64,000 nucleotides of DNA from Raillietiella orientalis (Eukaryota): contig JAYWIR010000058.1 in assembly GCA_036172245.1 (NCBI GenBank), forward strand, positions 1 through 64,000, in the 5' to 3' direction. This document shows, in pieces, positions 38,370 through 50,777 of this stretch. Position numbers and translations under genes: made by a program. Under the pieces are notes generated by a model that saw nothing but the letters and a program-made list of their open reading frames with translations, was not told the DNA's origin and did no database searches. Position 1 is the first letter of the stretch; each line of letters starts with the position of its first letter.

Positions 38370-40069
38370 AAGTGCTTTATGTTAAAACTACAGCTTCCAA
38401 AGAAACTCCTTTAAAGTTAGGAATAAAAATCAGCTTTTCCTATAGGCCTAAGTTCGACACTGTTAATAAGCAAACGCGTATTAGTAAAATAGTATTTGAA
38501 AAGTAGTAAGTAAAATAGTTCGGAAAATAGTTAGTATATTTGAAGGACATTGAATTTATGAAATTTTGTAAAGTACGAATTATTTTATAAAATAATGCTT
38601 ATAAACTCCAATTCGGTGTTTATACGTGTCGAATGCCCTGTTTTGAAAGCTCTCATTGAACAATAATCTCTACAACGTATTCTAACGTGTATCTTCGTTG
38701 TTACTTTTTTTCAGTGAGGCCAGTGAAGAGTAATTGACATTTTGCAGCTCTGTGATTGTAATTAGAACACTTACAATGATTTTTGTAGTGACAGATGTTT
38801 CAGTTTTCTAAAGCAGTGATATACTGTTTTTTTTTAGTTCTTCACCGCGCACGAAAGAGTTTCCAGAAAAGTTCTATATTCTCAAAGACTATTTCCATTT
38901 TAACCAATTGATTTTCATTTTATAAATTTTCCATATATTCAGCAGCAAGAACAATAATGACAGCAGCAAGAACAATAGTAATGGAATCATGCGTTGAGTT
39001 AATTTGTAACATTATTCTTGAGACAAGAGTCTATAAACATGTCTAACTCTCCAAGTCATAATAAAGCGGAATAAGAGCCCTTAAAGCTCTCCTATATAAG
39101 TGTAGTTTTAGCTGGTTAAATTATAATTCTAAATAAGACTATCCGTAGTGCGTGTATGAAACTGTGTGTGCTTCAAACTGGTTGCCAAAGCATCGTTCTC
39201 ATAAAACCTTTACTTCAAGCAGATACTTAATGTATTAATCAGTAATGTTTATTACTTATTCATGTATCTATTTTTTTTTCTTTTCAGAATATTCGTTATC
39301 CCTTGTCGAGTTGGCGGCTATAGTGTGTGCCTATTCTTAGGTATTCATGTAACTAAACGTTGATTTATGTAAATCAAGTAGAAATATATTGATTGATTTG
39401 CTGTTGATTCGTTCTTATTTATTTCTACAATTTCCATGAATTCGAGCGGTTAAATGTAAACATTTGGGACCTGGAATTTTTCTGGATCCCAAAGCTACTC
39501 ATCATTTTATCAGTGTACCTGGACAACAAGAAAATATAGTTTCCGTTGTGACGAATTGTGTGATGAACTTTCTGTGAGTGCTGGTGCTCTATGTTGGTCT
39601 AAATATGCAAATGTTCTGACGTACCAGACCTTCATGGGGTATGTCAGTCATTATGTTTAAGTGAGATCTCATGACAAAATATTCCATAAAGTATGTCTGA
39701 CATATTTGAAATAAATATTCACGACAATAATCGGAACATAGTAACCATAGTATTTCAGATACACCGAGAAAGGAGTTAGTACAGCTCCACGAAATGGATA
39801 CAGTGTTATTTTAAACTATAGAAAAATATGAAATCATTTCTACAGCACTTTTAAAAATTCATGCAATCGACGGTTCAGTTTTTTGTGCCAGAAATAAGTT
39901 AGTCAGGGGTGCAATTATTTTAATTCAGATGTCCCTTCATAGGATATTATGCTTTGGAATGGTTTTCTAAAAGTATTCATTCTAAGAATTCAGTGTATTC
40001 CAAGTGAAGTCAAAGAAGACTTTGATTCGGGATGTCTCTTCTAGTGCAATACCATCTAAACCAACTACT

Positions 40070-41755
40070 TAATATCTAACCATCTTATCATTTTTCAAAA
40101 CGCTTTTCGAAAAGCGATAAGTCTTCTCTGTGAATGTGTGCTCGACTGTTTGTGGAGCACAGATTCCAGTCTGAAATTTTTGCTTGCAAAGAGGTTTGTT
40201 TCCTGTAAGGAAGTCTTGTTCAGGGTGTTCTGTTTTACTTCATAAAGTTTTGCTGATAACATTTGTGTTTTCCAGTGTTTTCCAGATTTTAATGCACCTT
40301 GTGTTAGTACTTCTTTCTATGTTTCCCCCTGTGCATGCAGAGCTTGTAGGGAGATCAGATTTAAACGTTGTGTTGACGTCATGCGAGTCGCAGTTGCGAT
40401 CTCTGTGGATGGAATGCTTTTTCGCGTACCACGTACTCTCTCAGAGGCACCCATTGACTACATAAAGTTACTATTACAATTGTTTATTTGCATCACATTA
40501 AATAAAATATTTTCATTCTCGGTTTTTCAGAGAAGTGACTCTCTGAAAAACCGCGAATAGTTAGCCGATTTAAATGGAATTTTGTTTACTGTCTTTGCTA
40601 AGGCTATTGTAAGAACGTAGGTGTATTTGTCCATCTCAAACATTGATGGTTTAACTTGTCGCGTGTACAAAGTAAAAGCATTTGCCAAACGCATGTATGC
40701 GTTTGTAGCACTCAAAGGATTAAATGCACTTTCTAAAGCAATACTTGTTCTTCGCAGGCCCTGTAGCATTATTAGTGAATCTTTCCAGATTTCAAAAACA
40801 TCTTTGAAATATAATGAAAATGGTGTTTCAGGCAATGTTTTATTTAGGTATATAAATAACCAAGCGAATATTTTAGGTTTCTAAATCAGATGAAAGCTGT
40901 TGATTCGAAGCACAATAATGAAGCGTTACCAACATTTAGTCCTATAGTCAAAATATTGAGAAATTTAGCAGCATCAGCATCTATCACAGTACTGAGTATT
41001 ATATTGTTAAGGCTGTTATTAAATTCAATAGCAACTGTTGAGCACGAAATATGTAACTCATGCAGGTAAGTATTTTCTTCTGCTCTCGCAAACTCAATTA
41101 TGAACTTGATTCTCTAGAATTTTTCAGATTATTTTAACCTTCATTCTCTTTTGTATTCTTTCATTCTTTTTGTTCTCTGATTATTTATGATATACAATTT
41201 TTAGAAATTAAGAATTCTGTGTTATATAAAGAAAGATTTGGGTCGTTAAAATTTTGAAAAGTATTTGATACATTTATTGTTTCGATTGACTCAAGCCGTG
41301 ACTAAGCAAACAGGACGTTTTATGCTTCGAGTTCCTTACAAAGAATCTTTTTTATAACGACAGCTCGTCAATAACTCGGTGGTTGATGATCGATTAGAGA
41401 TTCTTGATATAAGGAGGAATTTCTAAAGACGATTGAATTTAATACTAGTCTTAGTAGTGATGCCTATTGTCTTCTGGTTGAATTTTAGTGTTAATTTATG
41501 ACTAGCACGAATGTTTGTTTACATGAATTAGTAGCATAATAACTAGAAGCTGAAAATCAAAGCATAAAAATCCCAAGTTGCCGAGGCAATTTTACATTTG
41601 AGGAACACACAATACTTTGTGAAAGTTTGCCAGAAAAGCTCTACTGTGTTTTCGTGAAATAGTGGTGAACTAAAACACCTGTAATAATTATTTAGATAAT
41701 TATTGATAGCAGAAGAACCTAAAAAATTTTCAATCTTCGCTTGAACTGTATCCAT
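40070..41755 (-). pseudogene. Protein-like but disrupted minus-strand coding segments
   Basis: Open stretches RIKFIIEFARAEENTYLHELHISCSTVAIEF (~41110-40930), KPKIFAWLFIYLNKTLPETPFSLYFKDVFEIWKD (~40880-40527) and MDTVQAKIENFLGS (41755-). Flanking frames carry in-frame stops (e.g. two TGA in 40460-40070). Confidence 0.3.
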
Positions 41756-44355
41756 TAAGATATAAAAAGTTAATCAATTTCAAACATTGTTTTTCTAAAT
41801 CTTTTATTCAATGAAAATGTCAGAACGCCAGGGAAATAGAAACATAGTCACCGAGCGGCATCGAATATTTAAATAGTCATCATTCATAAGAGTAGGTAGA
41901 CCTACCTAAAGGTGAATCATAAATAAGAGAAAGAGGGTAATCACTATTTTATGTAAGAAAATGAGTGGATTGCAAAACTCTGTGCATTGCATAGCTGTAG
42001 AAGCTATTTTTCTCACAATACTTTTAGCAGTACGAAGTTAAGATTTTGAGAACATTCACAAGGTTCAGATTTGTGTAGGGAATGTTCTCAGCAAGAACAG
42101 CAAAGATCAGCCACAGGGAACCCTTTTGTCTCACCGGCCGTATGTCCATTTAGGAAATGTGCTGTGGAGCACAATTTTGAATACAATTTTGAATGCTCAT
42201 TTTTAAACTTTTAAAACTTATATTTGCTATTTTTCTTTTTAATTTCTTTCCATTTACATTGCTTACATACATCAAATTTCGCCTCTCCAACATCTAATTT
42301 CTCTAGGCATCTTAGAGACATTAGGAGATGTCACATTATCTTAGGAATGGTCCATTAGTAATGAGCCAGCCTAACGGTGGGAAGGTTGATTCCGATTTCA
42401 GAAAACTCTTGTGGGACGCATGGAAAAATTCTGCCGACTGCAGGTTGCCCATTTGCTTGAGATGGTTGACTAGTAGGTTCAGGAGGAGATGCATCTTTTG
42501 CAGGATTTCTGTTTATTAGCTTTCATTACAAGAGGAACCTGCTGGTTACTCCTGACTGATTCGGGCAAAATGTGAATGTTTCTTTCATTTCGGATCTGCT
42601 GAATGCTTTATCCCATTGTACTTTTCATTGTCATATAAGATGATCAGGTTTTTTAACCGGAAAATCGATACAAAGGGAATCACTGTGTAATAAACTACGA
42701 GAGTTTTGTGGTATTCATGAAATAAATGCTCATCATATCTTCGTTTCTAACAGAAAGCAACATTAGCTTTCAGGATGAGTATGTACCGCACGGACCCATT
42801 TTTAAAAATTACAGTGTTTTGATAATCATCCGGTGTTTTGAGGTGAACGTTCAACTGTGGTCGGAGAAGTGAGGGTGTTTGCATGCACTGTCACTCCTCG
42901 GACCAGGCTGAATGTTTCAAGATGAAGTTTCGGTGCAAGAGGCCGAGATCGCGAGTTGCCGGGATCGCTTCCGGCCTTCTCTTTTACATGCCCTTCCATC
43001 ATCAGCATGATGAACGGAATCGGATGCACTTGAGAAAGGAAGGCATTTCGTGCTCACCTAAGAATGAACGATGAATTTTCTTTCCGTTTTCAGAACGCAA
43101 GTTCGAGCCGTTCCAGTGACAGACTTGAAGTTATCCTTACAGAGAAAATCGTGATACCAGCTCATTTTTCATGTTCCTCACTCTCCATACCCAAACCAGC
43201 ACCTTGCGATTTTTACGTTTTTAAAATCTGAAAGGAATCTGGTGACTGTCTGTATGAGGGTTATCATTTTTCGTCGCACGCAGTTTTCACGCGCCGCTAC
43301 AGTCAGCCACGGTGCCCTTAAGGGGGCGGGAAAGGGGGAAGCTTTCAGTAGGCGTTGGATAACTCCGGCGGGGCATTCAGGGATACGGAGTCTAAGCAGA
43401 GAAGCACTTCACAGAAGGCTCCAGCAGGCAGTGATAACGGAAGGGCGGCGTTAAGTACCGGTTCAAGTGAAAGAAGCATATCTCGTCTATCATATGTTTT
43501 TGGACTCACTCGGAAGCCACGCGAGCCATTTCAATTCAGTGCCAAAGAAAGGTGATTTTACAACAGAATTAACAAGATTAACACATCACACGGTTCTGCC
43601 AAGTCTTGTACGACTAAAATCTCCGTTTCCTGTCTGCAATTTCCACGTTCCACTGTTCTTTTTGATAGCATGCTTGGTAACCTTCTTTTGGTGCTCTTGT
43701 CAAGTCAATTGCAGCAGGTGTCTTCGTTTTAAAATCTCTCTTCCTTTCCCAAGACATGGAGGATCAAGTATTCGATAAGTCATGTGCCATTTGCTTTCCA
43801 TTCGGTTGAGCGGCACAGAAACTCCGTGGCAAGCAGTTGCAATAGGAAATTTGTGCTAAGGAAATTTGACCTGGTTCCGGCCGGATTTGTGATTTTCCTT
43901 AAAAAGTTGCAAGCGTGTAGGCATTCTTCGGTTGATCATTTTGTTTGTATGTTTATTGATTTATTTTTTTCATTAGGAATGAGCAAATAACTAGAAGAAG
44001 AGTACTTGGCGGTAGTGAATGCATTTTCAAATACACGTGTGGGGAGCTGCTGATGTACAGTTTTGCCAGAAACTCCTTTCCATGAAGCTTTGTGATGACC
44101 TTGAGCTTTTCCTTCGTCACATTGGCGACTCACAAACTACACGGAAAGCGTTCTCAATTCACTCCGGGTTTCTGATCGCGCGCGAGACGACGTAAGTCGT
44201 CCAACAACGAGCGATTGTTCAGTGGCTGATGAATAAGAATCATGCTTGAAAGCATACGAAACAGAGAATTCGTTAAGAACAGATGATCATTGCAATTAGA
44301 ATCATCCATGCCATCCAGAAGACTAAACAGTTCATCTCATTGATTTTTTCATCAG

Positions 44356-47300
44356 CATTGGAATCTATGAAAGCATTCCTGAGAATCTGACGTATCCACC
44401 TGGACAACAGGTGTTTCCCAGCACATACGATGCGTGGTCGCTTCTCCTCGATGGAGCAGCTCATAAAGTTGAGTTGTCCACTTTTTATTGGAATCTACTC
44501 AGTGTTGATCCTCACCCCAGTTCTTGGCAGGTAAGAAGAAAGAAAAACAGCTCTTTCTTTTTTTGTTTGTTCTTTTTTTGCTGCTTTGGATTATGAGTCA
44601 GCACTTACTCTCTCCTCCCAATTCCCAGTAAGGGCAGCTCCAGCAGTGAGAACTTTCACTGCACAGAACGGCTTCCTCTTTTTAAGAGGATATGCTGGAT
44701 GACTCGATGCACCCGTGTCAGTGCAACCGCAGAGGCTGCGGCAGCCAGGTTGTCGGCGAAACGTCCGCTCGTTGATTTGCTTGAGCAAAAGAAACGTAAA
44801 TCATGCATGAGTTATATGGACGAGTGCGCGTGTGTGTGCCGCCTGTAATGTAATTAGGTAGCTACTTAGGAGCTGCTTCTGCGGTTCCTGGGTATAGGAG
44901 TTCTTGTAGCTGAAATTTTACGTCGGAAATTCTAATGTCACAAGAGTATAGAATTGTCGTGAATATGAATGCGTGATCCATATAATGGAAATCCAGTTTA
45001 TGGATCTTTGAAAGTGCAGTGTGGCGGTAACGGTTAGCTGTCCATAGTGGAGCAGCCATTTGCTGAATTGGTGTTTCGGAAGCAAGCATGTAGTGTCTTC
45101 AATGTTTTCGGTGTTCGCGCTCAGAAGGTTCGGAGAGGGCTTCAGTATCACAGACAACAGCATTCAACGCCTCCGTGATTCTTTCAAGTAGAATAGTTTA
45201 TCCTTATCCGAATAAAGACTACACCTTCTATGAGCTGCGCCTAGTGCATTCATGATTGCTACCTGCCTTGTTTGGGGAGGAAGAAATCCCAGAGCAACGA
45301 GGAACATCGGTGGCAGCAAACAAATTTTCACGATGTTTTCTCCGGGAATTTCCGTTATTACCGGTTCTAGTGGTGACAGGGGTAGTAGTGTAGGGAAAAG
45401 ACATTCGATGCAGGGGTGATTCTGTCTTCTGGTTTGAAATTTGCTGTCAAAGGAAAGAATTCTGAGGTGCTTGACTGTGGTGTTTTCACTGTTGCCAACA
45501 TATCCAACATATCCCTTTGGCCTTGTATTTGCAGCTTCTGCATCCGTCTGTCTTCCTTCCTCAAACTAAATGCATTTTCAGGGTAGAGAGATATACAGCA
45601 AGCTGGCGTCGCTGACCAACAGATCGGTCCAGCTCAGGATAGCTCAAAACCTCCCATTCGACGGCCAAGTGTACAAGGAGTTGGAACAACTTGCGAAACA
45701 AGAGTCCGTGGAGGTGCGATTTCTCAATTTCACGCACTTCTTTGGCGCCGGGGTCCAGCACAGCAAGCTCTGGATTGTGGACGATTCCCACTTTTATATT
45801 GGCAGCGCCAACATGGATTGGAAGGCACTCACTCAGGTGATCAGGGCTCCCGACTTTCGCACATGTTTCCTAGCAAGCACTTGTCCAGCAGCTGTTACTT
45901 AAACCAGCAGCTTCTTCCTGTAATTTTCATTCGTTTCTTTTTCCCCCGATTTTCTTTGCTATTTCACAGAAGCTTTCTTTCCAGGTAAAAGAAATTGGAC
46001 TACTGTTCTACAACTGCCACTGTATGGCAAAAGACATCCAGAAGTCCTTCGAGGTAAGGCTGATGTTCCATGTTCGCAGAAAGATGTCCGTCCTCAAACA
46101 GGTCTTCTGGGAACTGGGAAAACCTGGAGCGAATATTCCTTCTTATTGGCCGGAGGAGCTGAGCACAGTGTACAATAAAGGAAATCCTTTCAACGTGACC
46201 GTGGATGGAAGTTCCCTTTTAGCGTACTTCAGTGTAAAGTGGTCGACCTGAGACTCTCTTGAAATGGACCTGCTTCCTTCTTTCTAGAGCTCTCCTCAGT
46301 CTTTCTGTCCGGAAGGGAGGACGGACGACATGACAGCCATCTTAGATGTGATAGATCAAGCGGACCGCTTTGTCTGCGTGTCCGTGATGAGCTATTTGCC
46401 CCTTAGTCTGCATCAAAAGCAAACAAAGTGAGGATTTTCTTCGTCTTCTGTCTGCCTTGCCCTTTGGTCCGATAGCCCCTTTGGTTGGTGGGCCTTGGTC
46501 CGTGCTTCCTCCCGGATGTGGTGTACATGCCCTCTCGGGATTCCGGGGGTTTCTCTTTTGTGTTTTCCCTTTCTCTTCCGTTCCCTTCTTCTGCCTCCTT
46601 ATAGGTTTGGTAACTTGCTTTTGCTTCCAGTTCTTTTTTGGTTTTGCATGAGCCTCCGCAGCATATCCCGGAAGGGCAGGAAGGTTCTGAAGAGAGGCGG
46701 TATCCGCAGAGACAGCAAAGGGTCTTCCTATAGGAAGAAGCAGCGATGCTGAGCTTGTCGGTGCGCACCGCTTCGATCGAGCCACGTTGCAGACTATCCT
46801 GGGGTTCTTGAGCGCGAAGGATTTCGATTCCGCATCTCCTCTCCAGGGAAGTAGGAAAAGCAGAGTCGAGCGGAGCCTTCAGCAGTTCTTCTTGCGCTCG
46901 AGAGATCTGCTCGATGCAGTCGGAGGAGAGCGTGGAAATCCTCGATGGTGTGAAACGGGGGGAAGGGGGGACCTGGTTTGTCTCTGATTTGAATCTGCCC
47001 TTTGGCAAACCTCGCTCACGAGAAGGATTGGAGTTCCCTCACGTATATGCTCGGATGGCATCTAAGATGGTTTTCGGGGACGTTCTGAAGAGTGATCCAT
47101 TTGCTGTGTGGTCATCATTGCCTCCGTCGGTTCTGTCTGTCACTACTGGTCCTGAAAACAGGATCCTTTTCACGCTCCGGAAAAATCTCCAGCTGCGTTC
47201 TCTTGATCGTGATCCTGTTAAACTTTTCTACCGGCGTTGGCATCACTGACAACAGTAGCAAAGATGCGGCTATTGTTGGTTAAGAACGAGGCTGCGGTTC

Positions 47301-49458
47301 TGAGCCCGCGACTCGTTGAACCGCTGAGCTCCTCAGTACAGCTTTGACGCTTGTGGTGAGGAGTGAGACCACAACGTAATCCGACTCGTTTTAAATGTGG
47401 CAGCAGCACTGATCTTCCGTCAAGGAAGATCAGCACCTAAACCGTCACGCGGCTTATCTGCAGTCGCCAAAAAGGAAACCATTTTTTTTTTTTTTTTCTT
47501 TAAAAAAAAAAGGGAAACCATGCGTTTGAAAATGCGGTGTCGACAAGACAGCCTCTGTGCCGATCAAAGCCTTGCACTGCACATTCTCCAGGTGGTGGCC
47601 TGTTCTGGACGATGCCTTGCGCCGTGCCGCTTTCGAGCGCCATGTACATGTGCGTCTGCTTGGCTCCCTCTGGAAGTACACGCCTCCTGCCATGCTGAAC
47701 TTTCTTCGGTCCATGAAGATCTTGAACGGAACTAATCTCGGCGCCGTCATAGAAGTGGTAAGGGTGCGTGTGAATGTATCATGCGGGAGAGTCTGCTGCT
47801 TCTATTTTTGCTTTTTGCAGAGAATCTTCCAAGTGCCTTCTGATGGACAATACATTCCATACACTCGGGTCAACCACGCAAAGTTCATGGTGACCGAAAA
47901 GTCCGCCTACGTCGGTAAGACCGCTCTCTTGTGTTCTCTTTCTGTCCAGGAGGATCGCTTTGCTTCTGCCTGCCTCCTGCTCTTCGTTCTCCTAATGCCC
48001 TCGCCTGTTTCGGAAGGGGGAGGGGTGAAGGAGGTCAGAGGAAGGAGTGCGTCGTGCGAAAGGTGCTTCCACCCAATCCTCCAACCGGGTGAGGGGCAAA
48101 CACTGGAGTGAACCTATACCAGTGCCTTCGTTACAGACGAACCGCTCTCGTTCCCACAACGGTAGCCCGCTGCCACTATCAGGGCAGCTGTTGGGAACCG
48201 CTGCATTCCTCTCTTGAAACCAGGACGCTCCCGGGCGCCCTTCTCGCTCCCCCTCCTTTTCACCGTCCACCGAAATTTCTTAATCCCTCTATTCTTTTGT
48301 CAACTCGCGAAACTGCTGGGGCAGCGTCGCCGATCCGGTTGGAGTCGCGTGCTCCCGTTTCCACCTGCATCGTTCCTGCTTGCCTCCTCCTTTTTTCAAG
48401 TGAGCTCCCTCTGCAGGCCTCATTCCTCCCTTTTTCCTCTTCCCTCCGTTTCCCGAGCCGCTTCGACCCGTTCGGTGGATCAGATGTTTCGGTAGATGCC
48501 GCCTTCGTCTAGCACATCCGCCCGTCGCCAAAAATTTGCTGCCTTCTCTCAGCCCGTTCGTCCTTCCTCACCTCCCCTGAAGATGAAACACCATTTGCGG
48601 AGTAGTTACCCCGCTTCGTAAGAGGGTTCCCGACCGATGTCTGGAGGCGCGTGGTGGTCCGATGGCTGGAACCCCGAGGTGCTGAGAAGGAGCAGGAAAG
48701 AATCGAGAAGTTCATCTCTTTCCACGGTTGATCTCATCTCCTTCTCCGATTGATGCTCCTGCATGGACGCGTCCTGGAAACTCTCCCATTTGGATGGAAT
48801 ATCTTAAGGACACTGTAGAATTTCTCACTTCAGGACTTATCTGTTGGACCGTTTCGGCCTCCTCAGTTCCTAGAAAGGGCAAAGTCCCCTGTGCAGTTAG
48901 TTCATTGTCATCTTGTTTGCTTGCTTGGTTTGTACCAAAAGTGGGATCCTCCTCCTCCATCCATTCCTTTTTCTTCTCCTCTTCCGCTTCACCATCATCT
49001 ATTCCTCCTTTTCTTCCTCCATTTCTCCTCTTTAAGCGCCGTGCCGCTGGATGTCTGGTTTCCTGTGCACTTTGTTGTGAAAGATCCAGGAAGAATGAGG
49101 AAAAGAAGGATCATTCTGGTGGAAACGCGGAGTGAAAGGTGGGGTTGGGATGGAAAGAGGAAAAAGGCGTGAGACGGAGGAGAATCGAGTGTTCGAGAGC
49201 GAAGGGGCCCTAGCAACAGACCGCGATCGCACAAGTGGGCACTGCACCAAAGCCGCGATGGTGCACGAAGATTTTGCAGTGTGCTCCCTTTCACAGATCC
49301 TCTCTCTTTCTCCTTCAGGTACATCCAACTGGGTAGAAGACTATTTCAGTGTGACCAGTGGTCTAGGAGTGGTGATCCGGCACAACGACAAGCTGAGACA
49401 GTCCCTTGAAGATGCATTCATGCGTGACTGGGACTCCGTATACAGCTCGTCGGTGTGA
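44356..49458 (+). CDS. PLD3: Phospholipase D3/D4-family protein (lysosomal 5'-exonuclease family)
   Basis: Phase-consistent exons 44356-44530 (IYESIPENLTY...STYDAW...FYWNL), 45582-45836 (HSKLWIVD..FYIGSANMDW, HKD1), 45985-46053 (VKEIG), 46102-46233, 46288-46427 (SSPQSFCPEGRTDD), 47592-47757 (WPVLDDALRRAA), 47821-47914 (RVNHAKFMVTE, HKE variant typical of PLD3), 49319-49458 (GTSNW...FMRDWDS*). Possible 5' exons are 43494-43551 and 43669-43717. Confidence 0.93.
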
Positions 49459-49461
49459 CGT

Positions 49462-49467
49462 AATAAA
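49462..49467 (+). promoter_or_regulatory. Putative poly(A) signal of the PLD3-like gene
   Basis: AATAAA 3 nt after the stop codon. Confidence 0.5.
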
Positions 49468-49943
49468 GGGTTTCCCCCTCCTTTCATCTCACTTGCCGTC
49501 CACGGAAGGAGATTCTGGAATTTGTCCAGATAGCCCTCGAGCTATTCTCCCATCCCCATGCATTGGATGGGTTCCCGTTGCTTGATGGTGAGTTTCGGTT
49601 TGACATCTCAGCTGCTCCCGCATTTGTAGAAATCCCATGACTCCTGGCCTTCCTTTCTCTGCTCTCCCTCCGCTCGGGCTGTGTGCGCGACGCGCGCTTG
49701 CTTCTGCGACTCAGCATCCCTAGTCGCGTTTTTCCATCCTCTTTCGGTCTCTCCGAGCCCGTCCTGATTTTCCAGCGCGCCTAGGAATCTGTTGGGAAGC
49801 CGCCGCTGTTTCGACGCGCTCGATGTTGGTTCTCGGAACTACAGGGAAGGTCTCGTTGGTGGCACGAGCCTGCCTCCGGTTCGGCAAGTGTTGAGGATCG
49901 GCTTCGCCTCTTCCACCGGGAAAACCTCCCGGGAGCAGACGGA

Positions 49944-49979
49944 GCCCAGATGCTGCGTGGTGGCACGCAGCATCTGGGC
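49944..49979. repeat. Perfect 16-bp inverted repeat with 4-nt loop
   Basis: gcccagatgctgcgtg-gtgg-cacgcagcatctgggc. Confidence 0.95.
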
Positions 49980-50192
49980 GCTCGCCGGCCTATCCCGTTC
50001 ACAGCGCTTTCTACCCTCAAGAACAGTCATGATGGGTCAAAGCAAGGACGGAACCTAGAAGGACTTCTCATGCTTCCCAAGAGCCATCGGCCCGTTCCCT
50101 TGGTGTTCATCTCCTTTCCGTTCTGGCTCAGGGGGCTTTGTGTTCGTCTGTGTTTAGGCCGCCACTCCCTTCGAACAGGAGCAAACCTTTCT

Positions 50193-50777
50193 AGCTGCCA
50201 GCTGCTTCCGAGGAGATCGAGAAAGACGGTCGGAGAGGAATGGTTCCTACACTCCTTCCGAAAACGAACAAATCGTGGTGACCACCTCGTGGGAGGTCTC
50301 GAGGACGTTGAAGTTCGCGAAAGCTGCTCAATAGATCTTAAGGCCGCTCAGCTTCCAGGTTCAGCATTGGACGGAAGGCAGCTGAGTTATGAGGTGATTT
50401 CGAACATCCTGCAAGTGCTGGATCGACTGGTTCTGGAACTTGGAGACTTCCAAGTTCCAGCACCGTCACAGGCTGCTGCTGACATTTCTGCCGTCATCGA
50501 CGGTCCGATCACGAGCACCGACTCCCTTCCGGAGGCGGTTACATTACCAAAAACTTTTCCTGACTCTGACGAGAGTGCCGTCAGCGTTTCTGCTGGTGCT
50601 ACTGTCCGCCCATTTAGATGGGGACCCCGAAACTCGAGTGAATTCAGTGGAAAACTCGCGTCATCGTTCTGCCGTCTTGGCCGTTGCTATCGTCTCTGCT
50701 ACTTTCCGGTCGCTTTCGCGCGTCCGCTCATTGAACATCCTGTGAGTTGTTTACACGGTTGCTTCTGCCGTCAGTAA
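50193..50777 (+). other. Unassigned open frame with a protein-like core
   Basis: Part of ORF 49950-50777 (DGRQLSYEVISNILQVLDRLVLELGDFQ...) after a ctttctag acceptor-like site. No family recognised. Confidence 0.2.

Noticed and set aside
38940..38981. 21-bp tandem duplication (cagcagcaagaacaata x2)
   Set aside because: Real, but an ordinary local slippage event.
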